DNA of 64,000 nt from Schizochytrium sp. TIO01 (GCA_004764695.1 SMSO01000031.1:5308436-5372435); one strand, 5' to 3'; positions 13,439-26,088 are shown, counted from the stretch's first letter. Numbers and translations are program-made. The notes: generated by a model from the letters alone, not told the origin.

Positions 13439-14520
13439 TTCGCCAATCAACGAAGAGACCTACTCTTGTTGAAGTTTTACTCGACCTCATCTCATGACAT
13501 CCTTTTTTTTTTTTTTTTCAATGTGCCTGTTGGCAGGTTGTTGTATGCTTGCCCATAGACATTTCCCCCCATTGTGTTGTGGTGGATGATTTGTGTATCA
13601 AAATGCTGATCCGAGTATGTTACTGTTGAGAAACATTGCAAGGTATCTTCACTATTTGCACACAACCAACAGGTGGCAAACAACGAATATCTAAAGTGTC
13701 CAGTTGTCTTTAGATCTATTTATAAACCGACCAATGCAAGCGAGAGGAAGGACTAAGTTTGATGGGAAATTTCTTGCATTCAGGTCACCAAAGCTATATT
13801 CTTTGTGATTTAGTTTTGAAACTGTGTTGTTAGGTGTGCTAGCTTATATCAGCATACCGTGCAAATTTACTCTTACTTCGAGTAGTTGTAGAGGTTGTTC
13901 GTTTAGTGGCGATTAAGCCAAGAATCAAGGCTTTGCTTTGAATATTACTTATGTTAGCGAACTCTTCTTGAGGCTTCGCGTAAAACTCGTATCTTAGTAT
14001 TGTTGAATATCCAAGTGAGATGTTGAAGAATGAGAACTGAGAGAGGAGTTCTTCGGAGGAACATTTTAAGATCACTCGAACAAATCCGGAAACCCTTATT
14101 ATTGTAAAGGATGAAAAGTATTGCGACGTTGATGATAACAACGATGATATGTTTTTATTAATAATAAATGATGTGTTTATTCTTCTTCAGTAACGAATGA
14201 TTCTCATAATGTTTGATTGACTTGTGTCATATGTCATTGAGCAGAGCAAAGTAGACAACATTTCCAATGTAGATATCTCTCAACATGTAAATACATTTTT
14301 TTGCAAGATAGGTTATATTCAAGCATGTTTTCTGCATTCGTTTACACAACAAGATCAAGAGCAATCAAAATCAAAAAATCAGCCTCAGCACTACGGCGGA
14401 TAGACACAGAGATCATCACATATGCTTGAGCTTCTAACGAGGAAATTAATAGCGTAGGTGCATGCATTGAAGTAATCAATAGTTGGCTGAACGAAATTGA
14501 TTTCAAATTCCTTTTCTTTT

Positions 14521-14860
14521 AAAAAAAAATGGTTGGATGTTTTTACTGTGCATATACGTGCTGAAACGGAGGGAGGGCTGGAGCCGTCACACTCAAGTGC
14601 GATGACCCCAGCCGTGTATCCTTTACGAGAACCATGGGGTTGAACGAGAGGTGTAATTATCGTCTGGCGCGAAGCATGAAACGACGCGAAGAACAAAAGG
14701 AGACATAATCCCCCCTTCCTTCTTGAGGCTTCGTCGTTGTTCTTCTGCCAGAAGAAGAAGAGCAGAGGGCAAGACTACCTCAGGAGGGTAGCACTCCCCT
14801 CTTAAAGTGCAGGTCAAACTATTTATGAATGAGACCTAGTTTAGGTCCTTCCTTAGATAT
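14521..14860 (-). ncRNA. Candidate structured RNA (unassigned family) or structured distal 3' UTR of eIF2B-epsilon
   Basis: Several hairpins that pair better on the minus strand through G-U pairs. The best, 14576-14613, has 16 of 17 positions paired around a UUGA loop. A U9 run follows at 14521-14529. Boundaries are approximate. Confidence 0.4.
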
Positions 14861-15010
14861 AATTGCTGCTGGACGGACGAGAATCTTTTCAAGATTATGT
14901 GAGGAAAAGAACTCACTGACGAGTGAAAAGATACGCAGTGTTAGGAATGCTAGCATGGCATGAAATGGAAAAGATGGTCGAAGAAGAGCGGCGTGGTTAT
15001 TCCATACCAT

Positions 15011-17407
15011 TTACTCGTCGTCCTCTGTCTCCGAGCCATCTTCATCGGATCCATCTTCCTCGTCAGAGTCCTCTTCATCAGAGTCTTCTTCTTCCTCTTC
15101 GGTAATTTGGGACAGCACAAGCTGAGTTACTGGCGAGTTGACAATAACGTCAGGGACACCAGTGGTGCTGTGTAATTCGGACCATTTCATGGCAGCTTCG
15201 TCAGAAATAATATCCTCCTGGTATAAGTTACTGAGGATAAAAGGAAAGGCAGCCTGTGCGTGTTCAAGATCCTTGCGCACAGAGAGTTGTGCCTCCTTCT
15301 GGTTAAACACGCGGTTCTGCACAGCAAGACCCACACCGGCAGCGTGCTCGGGTCCGTAAAGGAGAAGGAGTTCCAGGCTGGTAATCAGTGCCACAGTCTG
15401 AGGAACATCGCTGCAGAGCTTCACAAGCGATGGGTGCCAGCGCTTGATTTCCTTGAGCATCTTTGCAACAGCAACCTCCTTGCTGGGCGGAGGTGGGGCC
15501 AGAGCTGGTGCCAACATGATAGCCGCTGTAGCAAGTACAAGGTCCTCAAAGGAACGATTCTCTGCGTACTTGTAGCAGTTAAGTTCCAGCAGAACGTTAT
15601 CGTGCTCAATAACATCGGCGCTGCCAAGTGCATTAACAAGATCAGCGACACCGCGAGTGAAACGAGCGTCGTCGTTCAGACCTACGGTTCCTACAACAGC
15701 TTCCTCTTCCTCCTCTTCCTCCTCAAGGCTTGGGAAGCCGCTAAAGAGCACCTCACGAGCAGACTCGAGCTCGTGGCATCCCATAGAGTCACTGAGAGAC
15801 AGAAAGCTCTCGTCAGAGAAGTGTTCGGCCTTCATGGTCTCGCGAGCCCACTTGGGTGTAGGGAAACGGCTGGCACGTTCCTTATCTGTGTAGATGTACC
15901 CCTTGCCATCCACGCCAACGATCTCAACTGTGTGCTCTGCCTCTTCACTGTCCTCATCGCCAACGCCAGCTCCAGGTTTAGAGTTGGAAGCGTTGTCAGA
16001 ATCATCATCGTCTCCTTCAAGATCGGAAAAGTCACCAAAGTCAGAATCATCGTCTTGGCCAGCTTCATCGTCCGCAGCACCACTGCGAGTTGTGATACGG
16101 GAGAATGGAGGAACTTCCGCGTTAGCACTGATAACAACGCCAAAGGAGAGGACGGAGCCACGTCCAATTTTAGCGCCAGCACCGATGACAACGCCATTAC
16201 AGAGCACGGCAGATTCTACAATGGCACCTTCACCAATAGAAACATCACCCCAAAGATAAGAACCAGAAACCTTTGCGCTGCGACCAACATAGCAGTCATC
16301 TCCCAGAATACTTGTGACGATAGCAGCACCTTCATCAACCTCAGTATTGGCGCCAATCATGCAGCTCTCACCAATGCTTGCCGATCGAGCAACACGGACC
16401 CCTTGATCACGGTAACGGAGTCCACGCTCCACTGCGTAGGTGGTCTTCTCCGTTGACCAGTTTGCATCAGGCACAAGCGGATACAGCCATCTGCGCACCA
16501 CATCTCTGGAGATAGCGTCGTAGGTCCTAAAGCACCTCACACGGCATGCGTAGTCGCTTTGCGATGTGAGTTCATGGGCATGGATCCTGTATCCGAGCTC
16601 ATGGTTCTGAACTTCATTTCGTACGTAGTCTCTTCGAAGGTCCTCATAATCATAGTTCTCCGCAATTTGGAGAAGCATCTCTGGAGAGCAAATGTCCACA
16701 TTGCAGTCCAAAAGGTCATATCTGAACTCTACACTTGGGAACTCGTCCATCAGCTCCCCATTCTTGAAGCTCGTGCGGGATGTGTCCAAGTTGTTATCAT
16801 ACTTGAGAATCTGCTTTGTGCGAGCGTCCACCGCCAGCAGCAGCTCCTCGGACAGCGGCCTGATCCTGTTCTTCACCTGGTCCACCCTGCTGAAGAGCAT
16901 CGTCATGACGTTGTTTTTATCATCCTTCCTTCGGGCCTCATGGGCCTCTAACACAGGTCCGAGGCGAATATTGGAAACTACATCTCCGCTCACCAGTACA
17001 AAGGGGTCCGAGCGAATCACGTCCATGCTATCGAGTTCGCGCAGAGCGTGGCAGGCGTTGCGGGCAGCGCGAAGCTTGAGCACGCGGACCACGGGATCCT
17101 CGCTGCGGCCCCATCGCGAGCTGGACAGGTAAGCCTCAACCTGGTCACCGAGCCAGCCGCACACCACGAAGACTTCCTTTACGCCAGAGTCTGCGAGAAA
17201 CTCAAGCGTGTACTCAATGAGAGGAACATTTGCAAGCGGAAGCAGCGCTTTTGGAGTCTCAAAGGTCACAGGACGTAAACGCTCCTCAAAAGAGTCCGCA
17301 AAGACAACCGCCTGGAGAGGTGCCTTGTCGGACTTCGCGGCAAGAGCGGCCTCCTCACTGGCAGCAGCGTCCACGGACTTCTTGCCACCACGCTTCTTGC
17401 CCGCCAT
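15011..17407 (-). CDS. EIF2B5: Translation initiation factor eIF2B epsilon subunit
   Basis: N-terminal pyrophosphorylase-like domain (LQAVVFADSFEERLRPVTFETPKALLPLANVPLIEYTLEFL, FVLVSGDVVSN, DLLDCNVDICSPE), hexapeptide left-handed beta-helix, and C-terminal W2/HEAT domain (LELNCYKYAEN; LYQEDIISDEAAMKW) with an acidic tail. First ATG is at 17407. Confidence 0.95.
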   Translation of the reverse strand: MAGKKRGGKKSVDAAASEEAALAAKSDKAPLQAVVFADSFEERLRPVTFETPKALLPLANVPLIEYTLEFLADSGVKEVFVVCGWLGDQVEAYLSSSRWGRSEDPVVRVLKLRAARNACHALRELDSMDVIRSDPFVLVSGDVVSNIRLGPVLEAHEARRKDDKNNVMTMLFSRVDQVKNRIRPLSEELLLAVDARTKQILKYDNNLDTSRTSFKNGELMDEFPSVEFRYDLLDCNVDICSPEMLLQIAENYDYEDLRRDYVRNEVQNHELGYRIHAHELTSQSDYACRVRCFRTYDAISRDVVRRWLYPLVPDANWSTEKTTYAVERGLRYRDQGVRVARSASIGESCMIGANTEVDEGAAIVTSILGDDCYVGRSAKVSGSYLWGDVSIGEGAIVESAVLCNGVVIGAGAKIGRGSVLSFGVVISANAEVPPFSRITTRSGAADDEAGQDDDSDFGDFSDLEGDDDDSDNASNSKPGAGVGDEDSEEAEHTVEIVGVDGKGYIYTDKERASRFPTPKWARETMKAEHFSDESFLSLSDSMGCHELESAREVLFSGFPSLEEEEEEEEAVVGTVGLNDDARFTRGVADLVNALGSADVIEHDNVLLELNCYKYAENRSFEDLVLATAAIMLAPALAPPPPSKEVAVAKMLKEIKRWHPSLVKLCSDVPQTVALITSLELLLLYGPEHAAGVGLAVQNRVFNQKEAQLSVRKDLEHAQAAFPFILSNLYQEDIISDEAAMKWSELHSTTGVPDVIVNSPVTQLVLSQITEEEEEDSDEEDSDEEDGSDEDGSETEDDE

Positions 17408-18510
17408 CGCAGCCAAAGGTGGAGACAACGAAAGGAGATGAAACTAGCTCAACAAAGGCAGATCTGTACACCAGAGACGCAGCTCAAGCAGGAGCAACGC
17501 CGGGACAAGGGGGCAAACTGAGGTGTTTGCAGAGCTAGCGAGCAATCGCTTGCTTGCCTGCTTTTGCTTTGCGTGCTTGCTTGCTGCTCGCTTTGCTTGT
17601 CAAAAGCAAAAGAGGGAGAGATGGATGGATAGTTAGAAGACATGGCAGTGCCTAGGAGCTATATATATGTTACTAATGCTCTTCTTTGGAGGCGGGATTT
17701 GGGCACCGGAAAGGTAACAAAGAGAAGATTATGGGTATTAGTATGCGAAATGGGTATCCTGGGTCCCCTGACGTAGAGCATGTGCGAGGCTCTGGAGATG
17801 GTTTGCAATATGCACTGAAAGTGAATGACGATGTTACAAGTGTGAGCTGATTGTTAGTGAAGATAGTTGAAGGAGTTTGGAACAGGTGTTTCAGATTTGA
17901 GAAGTCAATCCTAACGATTTTTGGATGAAGAGTGTTGACTTGTATTTGAGATCTTGTAGTGTAACAGTTGAAAGGAGTTGCCGTTGTAATAATCTTTAGC
18001 TTCGAAATCGCCTCCTCTATATCTCATACATGGTTCAAGTTTCATTTCTCAGACTTTTAATTTTGATAGCCGTCCGAATCTGTTTGCTGATTTTTTCTAT
18101 GGAGAGGGAAGCTAAGACAGGACAATAGAAATAACTCACGCTAACAAACAGTAAATTCCCTTTGATCATGCTTCAAATCCCCTGAATGGGAAGTATACAT
18201 TAGATATACCCATATATATATAGTTATTCTTCCTAGCAAAGTATTCTGCAATAATCCCGTTTTCGTTCCCAAATAGACATGTATATTTCATCAATGTCAT
18301 GTCCCTCGTAAAATCTATTTAAAAAATCATTTTAAAGTTTGTCATAATAGAATATAGTACCCGATCAATTTGTGTTTCTCTTTACAACGAAAACACAAAC
18401 CACGAACGTGGTGTTGGTCCTTTCCTTGAGTTTACCGTGCCTGTCGATGATAGAACTACCGATTAATAGGGCTATTGTATTCTGCATTGGATTGGGCGGA
18501 TTAAAAGATC

Positions 18511-18616
18511 TATGTGGCCCACTAAAATTTGATCATTAAGCCAAGTTTTCAATGAAACCCATACAATGTTGCAAGAGTAAAAGTTGACACACTTGTGTTT
18601 ATCAGTGGGCCACATA
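18511..18616. mobile_element. Possible MITE-like element (11-bp TIR flanked by TA)
   Basis: TA-TGTGGCCCACT (18511-18523) and AGTGGGCCACA-TA (18604-18616) form a perfect 13-bp inverted repeat around an 80-bp AT-rich spacer. Only one copy is seen in this window. Confidence 0.3.
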
Positions 18617-19695
18617 TATTTTCACTTTCAATCGAGCTTGCGTAAAACAAGAGAGACTGAAATGGCCCAATTAGCTTATTTTAGGTGTAGGCAATCGGCA
18701 ACTATAATCATTCCAACTCCAACGCGGGTGTTCGTTTCTTAATTTTATAGTTGAGCTCGATTATCAGCATTCAATCTATCAGTATTCTGAGGTTGTTTTC
18801 TTAAAAGTACTTGCACTAAATTTTACAAGCATATTTAACGTGATGATCTTCTCAAGTTTTTATGTGCACTCTCATGGACAATTTCAGCTATTTTATAGTC
18901 TGCGATGTAGATTCAGATGATTTCATAGCCAGAAAGGAGCATAAAACAAGCCCGTCAATAAGAATTTTTATGGATGAAACCCTTGTTATGGAGATCACTA
19001 AGTGCAATCAATATACATTCCGTCATGGAGGAACGTCTACTCAGGTAAGGTCACAGGAGCCACCCAAGTGTTGAAAACCTCACCAATAAAATGCAGATTA
19101 CGAAAACGACCCTCGTACATTGTCATTCCATATCGAAAAAGATCTATATTGACTTCATTATTTTCATCCCAAAATCCTAAGCACCAACCTACGGTGATGT
19201 ACCAAATTAGTCTAGCGGCATCCTGAGATGCGAAATGGGAAAGTCTCATCGAAGACTGATGACAACATTGCAAAGAGAAAGCATGCTGATCATAAACTTT
19301 CGTAACGAGTCTTATTCATCCTTGTATCTGTCGAAAGCGCTGTTTGCTAAGGTTAGCACTAATAATGATAAAACTAAGAGATGCCCGGTCGTAAACTCCC
19401 ATCCACGTTTTGTTCTGCTTTCATAAGTGGGTGGATGTTGCCACCAAGGCAGACAAGACGCAAATCCAAAAGGTTAGATTTGAGAGGTAAAAAAGAATAA
19501 TAATGAGAACTGTAAAGGTTGAGAGAAAAGAAATTTGATTGAAAGTGTTCATTTATGGGCAATGGGTTATGTATGAGTATGAGAATGCAGTACTACACGG
19601 ACTGCCGGGATGCTGAAGAACTTGCGAGGAAGCACCAAAGCCTACGACTCGTTCGCTCCTTCAAGGCACCGCGACAGAAGTTACATCTCAGCAAC

Positions 19696-19744
19696 TTAGA
19701 AGCACTTGCGGTGGACGATCGAGGGTCCAGACTCGTCGTACTCC

Positions 19745-19776
<32 letters not shown>

Positions 19777-20826
19777 GAGGGAGGCAAGAATGGAGCCACC
19801 GATCCACACGGAGTACTTGCGCTCAGGGGGGGCGACGACCTTGATCTTCATGGTGGAGGGGGCAAGGGCGATCATCTCCTTCTCGAGACGAGCGGCAAGA
19901 CCCTCGTACATGGTGGAGCCACCAGACATGACGATGTTGGCGTAGAGGTCCTTGCGGATATCGACGTCACACTTCATGATGGTCTGGAACATGGTGTCGT
20001 GGACACCCTGGGCCTCCTTGCCGATGAAGGACGGCTGGAAGAGAACCTCGGGGCAGCGGAAGCGCTCGTTGCCGATGGTGATGACGTTACCGTCCGGAAG
20101 CTCGTAGGACTTCTCGAGGGCGGAGGACTCGGCGGCGAGGCGCATCTCCTCGTCGAAGTCCTGGGCGACGTAGGCGAGCTTCTCCTTGATGTCACGGACA
20201 ATTTCGCGCTCGGCGGTGGTGGTGAAGGAGTAGCCACGCTCGGTGAGGATCTTCATCATGTAGTCGGTGAGGTCACGGCCGGCAAGATCGATACGGAGAA
20301 CGGCGTGCGGGAGAGCGTAACCCTCGTAGATGGGGACGGTGTGGGTGACACCATCACCAGAGTCGAGGACGGCACCGGTGGTACGACCAGAGGCGTAGAG
20401 GGAGAGAACGGCCTGGATGTTGACGTACATGGCGGGCACGTTGAAGGTCTCGAACATGATCTGGGTCATGCGCTCACGGTTGGCCTTGGGGTTGAGGGGG
20501 GCCTCGGTGAGGAGAACGGGGTGCTCCTCGGGGGCAACGCGGAGCTCGTTGTAGAAGGTGTGGTGCCAGATCTTCTCCATGTCGTCCCAGTTGGTCACGA
20601 TACCGTGCTCAATGGGGTACTTGAGGGTGAGGACACCACGCTTGGACTGGGCCTCATCACCGACATAGGCGTCCTTCTGGTCCATACCAACCATGATACC
20701 GGGGTGCTTGGGGCGGCCGACAATGGAGGGGAAGACGGCGCGGGGCGCATCGTCACCGGCGAAACCGGCCTTGCACATACCGGAGCCGTTGTCAATGACA
20801 AGGGCTTGAACTTCGTCGTCAGCCAT
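19696..20826 (-). CDS. ACT1: Actin (376 aa, intronless)
   Basis: Canonical actin from [39 protein letters not shown] to [11 protein letters not shown]. Strong C-ending codon bias is consistent with high expression. Confidence 0.99.
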
Positions 20827-21491
20827 TTTGCTTGTTGGGTGCTTGTTCTGCTACTGTTGAGTTGCTTCTTGAGCTCGAAGGTTGCGGGTTTGCTGTTGCC
20901 GGTGCCGCAGATCTTGCACGCTTTCGCCCACGATCCCTCCCTCTACCACCTGCTCCACCCAGTGTGTTACTGAGACGCGCCTTTCTCAGTATCTAAAGCC
21001 CTCCTCTCACTACCCATACACAATTCCCCTCTACTCGCCTCAGTGTGCTGTGAGGTGCTGTGAGGGGTCATTTCTCCTAGGTACTCCCAAGCACCTTCAA
21101 ACTTTTCAGGAGGGGTCTCGTCAAAAAAGCAAGACCTTTCTCAGTGGGGATGTGTGGGGCTCCACTGGGCTTCGTTTTGCCTACCTTGGGCGTGCATTGA
21201 GAGGGCGAAAGAGGTCAAAAAGAAGTGTGCGCTTTTGAAAGATTTTCTTCTTTTGCCCTCTCAGACTCTCTTTCTTTCTTTCTTTTCTTTCGCCTTCTTT
21301 CCTCTGTTTCGAAACGAAACCCTTTCTTTCGAAGCAGCTTTCGATTGAAAGATAAATCAGTCAATCCTTTCCTCCCTTCAGCGCCACATTAATTAATACC
21401 TCTGTTTGCAAACCCTTCTGTTTCTTAACATTTTACAAAACTCACTCTCTTTCGTCTCGACCCTCAAAGCTGGTACTTTGTGGATAGCCCC

Positions 21492-21513
21492 CTGCTACCG
21501 TAAACGGTAGCAG
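21492..21513. promoter_or_regulatory. Perfect 10-bp inverted repeat ~670 bp upstream of the actin start
   Basis: CTGCTACCGT-AA-ACGGTAGCAG is read directly; a regulatory role is inferred only from position. Confidence 0.3.
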
Positions 21514-24500
21514 TTCGGTGGTAGAAGTGATTTTAAAAAGCGCTTTTCGCTTTTCGCTTTTCTTTTAGAATGTGTTTTTATCCAAATTAGTTGATTCCAA
21601 AGAATGAACGCGCGGTGACGAAGTTGCACGCTCGCTCGCTCGCTCGCTCGCTCACTCGCTCACTGGAGAGGCGTGGAGCGCGGGGCGCGAGTCTACAGGA
21701 AGGACCTCGCGAAGGCCGCAGAATCCCTGTCGGCAGCAGCGTAGTTGCACAACTTCGGGGCAGCGAGGGCGGCCCCGAGGCAAGAATGACCTCCCTTTGG
21801 CAACGCGGACTATTTTATTGATGATGTTTTGTTCATTGATTTTTTATTTATTTATTGTAATTATTAAAAATAAAACATTCTTCTTTTATCCCAGTTTATA
21901 CGTGTATTTATTTATCAGAAGCTTTTGGAGATTGACTAACAATTACTATCATGAGCATCAATATTGAATACAGACATACATACATACATACATACATACG
22001 CGCACATAGCATACATAGATAATACAGTAGGCCTAAGTGTATTGTGTAAAATTGATAGCGAGTTGAAGAGGGGGCAGTTTACTTTGCTGGCCTAGCTCTA
22101 TCTCAAAAGAGTCGCCGTCAAGTTGCTTGGAATGATCCGCACCCGACAGAAGAATAGCCAAAAGAGTTTCATTAATGCGCTTTGACGCCCTTGATTGAAG
22201 GATTGTGACAACGACGACTGCATCATATTGGAGGCTACTTACTTAATTCGCACACCTCACGTTTCCACAAAAATCTCATGTTTTCACGTGAAATGTGAAG
22301 CACTCCTGGGGAGCTTTTGAGGTTGGCTTGCTCGAAATATGGAGAAGCCCGTGGCTGCGGCTGGGGGAAGTCCAGGTTTGAACAATTGAGCGGTGAAGTG
22401 GCCAACTCAAGCGTGATAGGAGCTGTGTCGAGAATAGCAGTGCAAATACTCCAAGCAGACCTTTTGACACGATCGTACGAATTTTCATTCTTGATTATCT
22501 ATCTCATTATATATTTTTCAGAAAGATTGTTCAACTCTTTTTTCTTCTTTTTTATATGTTTTTCTTTTTTAATTTTATTAAATTAATTGGAAAATTTGGA
22601 AAGACAAACTAAAAAATAAAAATAGAAGAGTGCGATAATAAATGAGTTGAAGATTTGGCCTCCTTCCCCATATGCAAATCCTTGATCAATCAAGCCATTG
22701 TGTAGATGGAACCCCCCCCTTTCCTTCCCCTTGCAGCGGACGCTACCTGTCTGTAGGTAGTAACTTGAAGCTCCTCCGCTTGGCCGCCTCCCTCGTGTTC
22801 CACGGCAGCAAAGTCAAAGTTCTTGGAGGCGGGCCTTCATCACATTTTACTAAAAGCTAATTTCTTTCCACCTTTGAGCCTTTGAACACCTACGTACTTG
22901 TTGTAGTAGGAATAAGGATTGTAAAACTTCTCGATGACTCATTTGCACACGACAACGACGATCACATGTGAATCATTGAATTATTAACGAACGGTGCAAA
23001 TGAGCCCTTGGAGGAAGAATCGTTTTGCCCTGAGCGTGTTTCGTTGCTTAGTAGTAGCAGTCAAATTGACCTTTACCCGCCTCCTTCGTTGATTTATTAC
23101 TAGCTAGTACAGATGTACGAACGAGCAAATCCACGCAACGATTTCGACAACACTTAAACACAGCAGTGCCGTGCAATCAGGCAACTTGATGCTATTCGAT
23201 AGACTAGCAAGCTTTAGATTGGAATTTTACAAGGTAAATCTAATGTCGTCATTCTCAAAATGGATCTCTGCTTTCGTAGGGTATATATATATAAGCTGAG
23301 ATGCAACAAGAGTCAACGAGTGGAGCTATACCAACTTGAATGTCTAGGATAGTTCAAGCTAGTAGCACGAACATTGCCTGATGGATCGACCTTATTCCCG
23401 GAACATAAAGATTAGTCCCATTTTCGCCAACGGGACTTACCTGGGTTTGATCGTGAGACCCAAAATTGAACAAAGACTCCCGGAATGCTAAAGAGAAATC
23501 TGCAACGATTAAAAAAATAATAAAAAACATTGAATACATGCGCTGCTTGGGGGTTGACATTCAATAAAAGCTGGCAGGGATGTGCAATTGCCACCTTACC
23601 ACCTCGTTTTGCAGGCAGACAATCTTTGGGCGAACAGAACACTGAAGACAATTTCCAGGTTTTTCACTATCTAGGAGGATGTCGCCTGCCGTGGGGCTGG
23701 ATCGGATGTTGCTGGAAGTCCTGTCCTGAACAAAGGCTTCTAATTCACTGCAGTGTCGAATCGCCCAATAGCGCTCAAACTATCACTTCGGGTAATGTCT
23801 TAACCCAGAAAGCCAACTGGAATACAACCAACTACTGATAGACACACCAAATTTGAAGATAGATTGTCATGATCTAGAACACCCAGAGAGGGAGGTTGAT
23901 TTACTTCTTCTAGTAACCACGCAATTAGACGAGACTTGAGAATTTCATTTCACCGTTAAAAGATCAATCATCAGAATGTCCACCTCAGAACTTGTGCACT
24001 ACTAGCATTGCATGTTCAACTCCGAGTCCCTCCCGTTAGGCATTGGGCAGCAAGATTGGGCGGAATGCTCTCACAGCCACAATCGTGCCATTGCATTAAA
24101 TTAGCAGCCTGATTCACACCCAGCAAAACTCGAAGCAAGCCAACTATTCTTGACACCTGACACGAGTATCGAAAGCATGGATCGCAATTTGCCCGAGCAC
24201 TCACCGTATTAACATGAAACTTAATCTAATTCAACCTGGAAAGCAAACGTAGAAATATTTTGCACCTGTCAGCTCGTAGTAGGCGCCTACAGCTTGGTTA
24301 TGAGAGACAAAAACTTGAACTCCCTCGCCCGCTGAGAAGCTCGAAAGATGGGATAAAGTTGCTTTCCAATCAATTTTCGCCTCATCCTGAAGCAGACCTC
24401 ATCCTGAAGCAGACATTAGCCGAAGCAAAGCACGCTCTCGGTGGGTCTGGAGATTTGTTAATGAGTTGAATTATCGATCACTCACTTCGTTCAAGTTTGT

Positions 24501-26020
24501 TTCTTTGGCTCTTTTATGATTGATTTCAAGAGATCTCGTATGTTTCGTATGTTTTTTGGATGCTACTGGGAACAGCTAAATCGAATATTAGGAAAATGCG
24601 GTCATATGCACAATGTGAACATTATTGAGGCGCGCGACATGGGCGCGTGAACGCAGCTAAAGCTCGTGGCGCACGCACCTTCACTCGCTCAATGGGGGCA
24701 AATGCCGCTCCCAGACTGCTAGCCAGGGAGTCGAGGTGGTCGCTGCGAGTCTGGAAAGGAGCATTGTCAGGTCCCACGCTCGTTGTAGCACAGGCTTCGA
24801 TTCATTGGACTTGCTTTGGGAGAAGGGTCGAAGAAAACAAATCCAAAGTAAATTAATGTTCATGCTGTTTTTTATTTTGTTTGTTCTTACAATCAGTGAT
24901 TACAAATCTTTATTTCTACTTAAAATTGAAATGTTAACTGTACCTCTAGCTAGAGTAAACCGGTACTAGGTACTGTACTTACTTGCAAGAGCTGAGGCGT
25001 CGAATGTAATACAATCTCACCCCGTCAAAATGGAAGACGTTCTACCTATCATATGATATTGAAAGCTCGTGAAGGCGGGTCAGCAAGATAGTTTTAGTCA
25101 TAATAACGATTGGCAGGTAGGCAAACCTTAGTACCGGGACTTCTGAAGGTTCGTTTTTAGCTGCTTTATAAATTAATATTTTTATTTATTTATTTTTAAA
25201 TTAAAAGTTAAACCAAAACAAATCAATCGTTTTCATAAATTTTCTAAACTTATTTTTTAAAAAAAATTGTTTTGTTTTGTTTTGCTCAAGTTTTAGGCGA
25301 ATAAAAATAAAACGAAACTAAAACTTTGTTGTGGTTCGAAGTTTGTTTTAGTAGTAATAAGCATTTTAGTTGAAGAACCAGGATTGCAAGCGACTCAAGA
25401 GCACTCAAGCGCATCCATCTTCACCCACCCACGCATATAGAACGTCCGATAAGGCCAATGCCAATGCCTCTCTTCTCGATTGCCGAGTTCATCCTCACCC
25501 TGGCGAGAATTCATAGTAGTTTTGCGAGTCTTCAATGGTTTATCGAGTATGCAATGAACCATGGCTGCATTGAAGAAGCCAAGAACCATGAACGACGAGC
25601 AGTTTGTTTAGCCTCTTTTGGCTTGGCGAGCTAACGATCCATTCTGCCAATCTTGTCACCCAGCTGCACTGCACGAGGTAGCTGACTTCGAAGATCTTCT
25701 TCCTCCCCACTCCGGCAGCAGTGGCATCGACGGTAGGTATGAAGATGACACCACTTTCCCTGAGGTCTTGAAGTTTTCCACGAACTTGGAGCCATCCTGA
25801 AGCGGCTAGGAACCGAAGAATAACAGTGCCTGGAATCCCAGGCAGGCAGGCAGGCAGGCAGGCTGGCTGGCCTGCTGAGAGTCAGTCAGTCAGCCAGTCG
25901 GTCGACCCGAATGGTATGATCGCGAGTTCGTCTTCTTCGTCGAAGTTCTTTAAGTTGGAATTGCACACGAGGTACAAACTTCTTCTCCAAAAACTAGCCA
26001 AGGAATCAGGCAAACTACCC

Positions 26021-26088
26021 ACTCGCTCGCTCACTAACTCACTCGCTCGCTCGCTCACTCGCTCACTCACTAACTCACTCACTCACTC
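26021..26088. repeat. (CTCG/CTCA)n compound microsatellite
   Basis: actcgctcgctcactaactcactcgctcgc... Similar runs lie at about 10606-10633 and 21630-21663. Confidence 0.85.

Noticed and set aside
14600-14645. SECIS-like ATGA...TGA stem on the + strand
   Set aside because: ACCCCA/TGGGGT pairing consumes the core A, so the tandem G-A quartet geometry fails. No upstream + strand ORF has a plausible Sec UGA; the ankyrin TGA at 12418 results from the frameshift.
15260-16456. 398-aa + strand ORF
   Set aside because: Antisense shadow of the codon-biased eIF2B-epsilon CDS, with no recognisable motifs.
19037-19273. Kinase-like words (DLFRYGMTMYE, TWVAP, and KGFIHK just downstream) on the minus strand
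   Set aside because: They occur in the reverse of kinase subdomain order and across stops; probably coincidental.
19555-20973. 472-aa + strand ORF overlapping actin
   Set aside because: Antisense ORF produced by the strong codon bias of actin.
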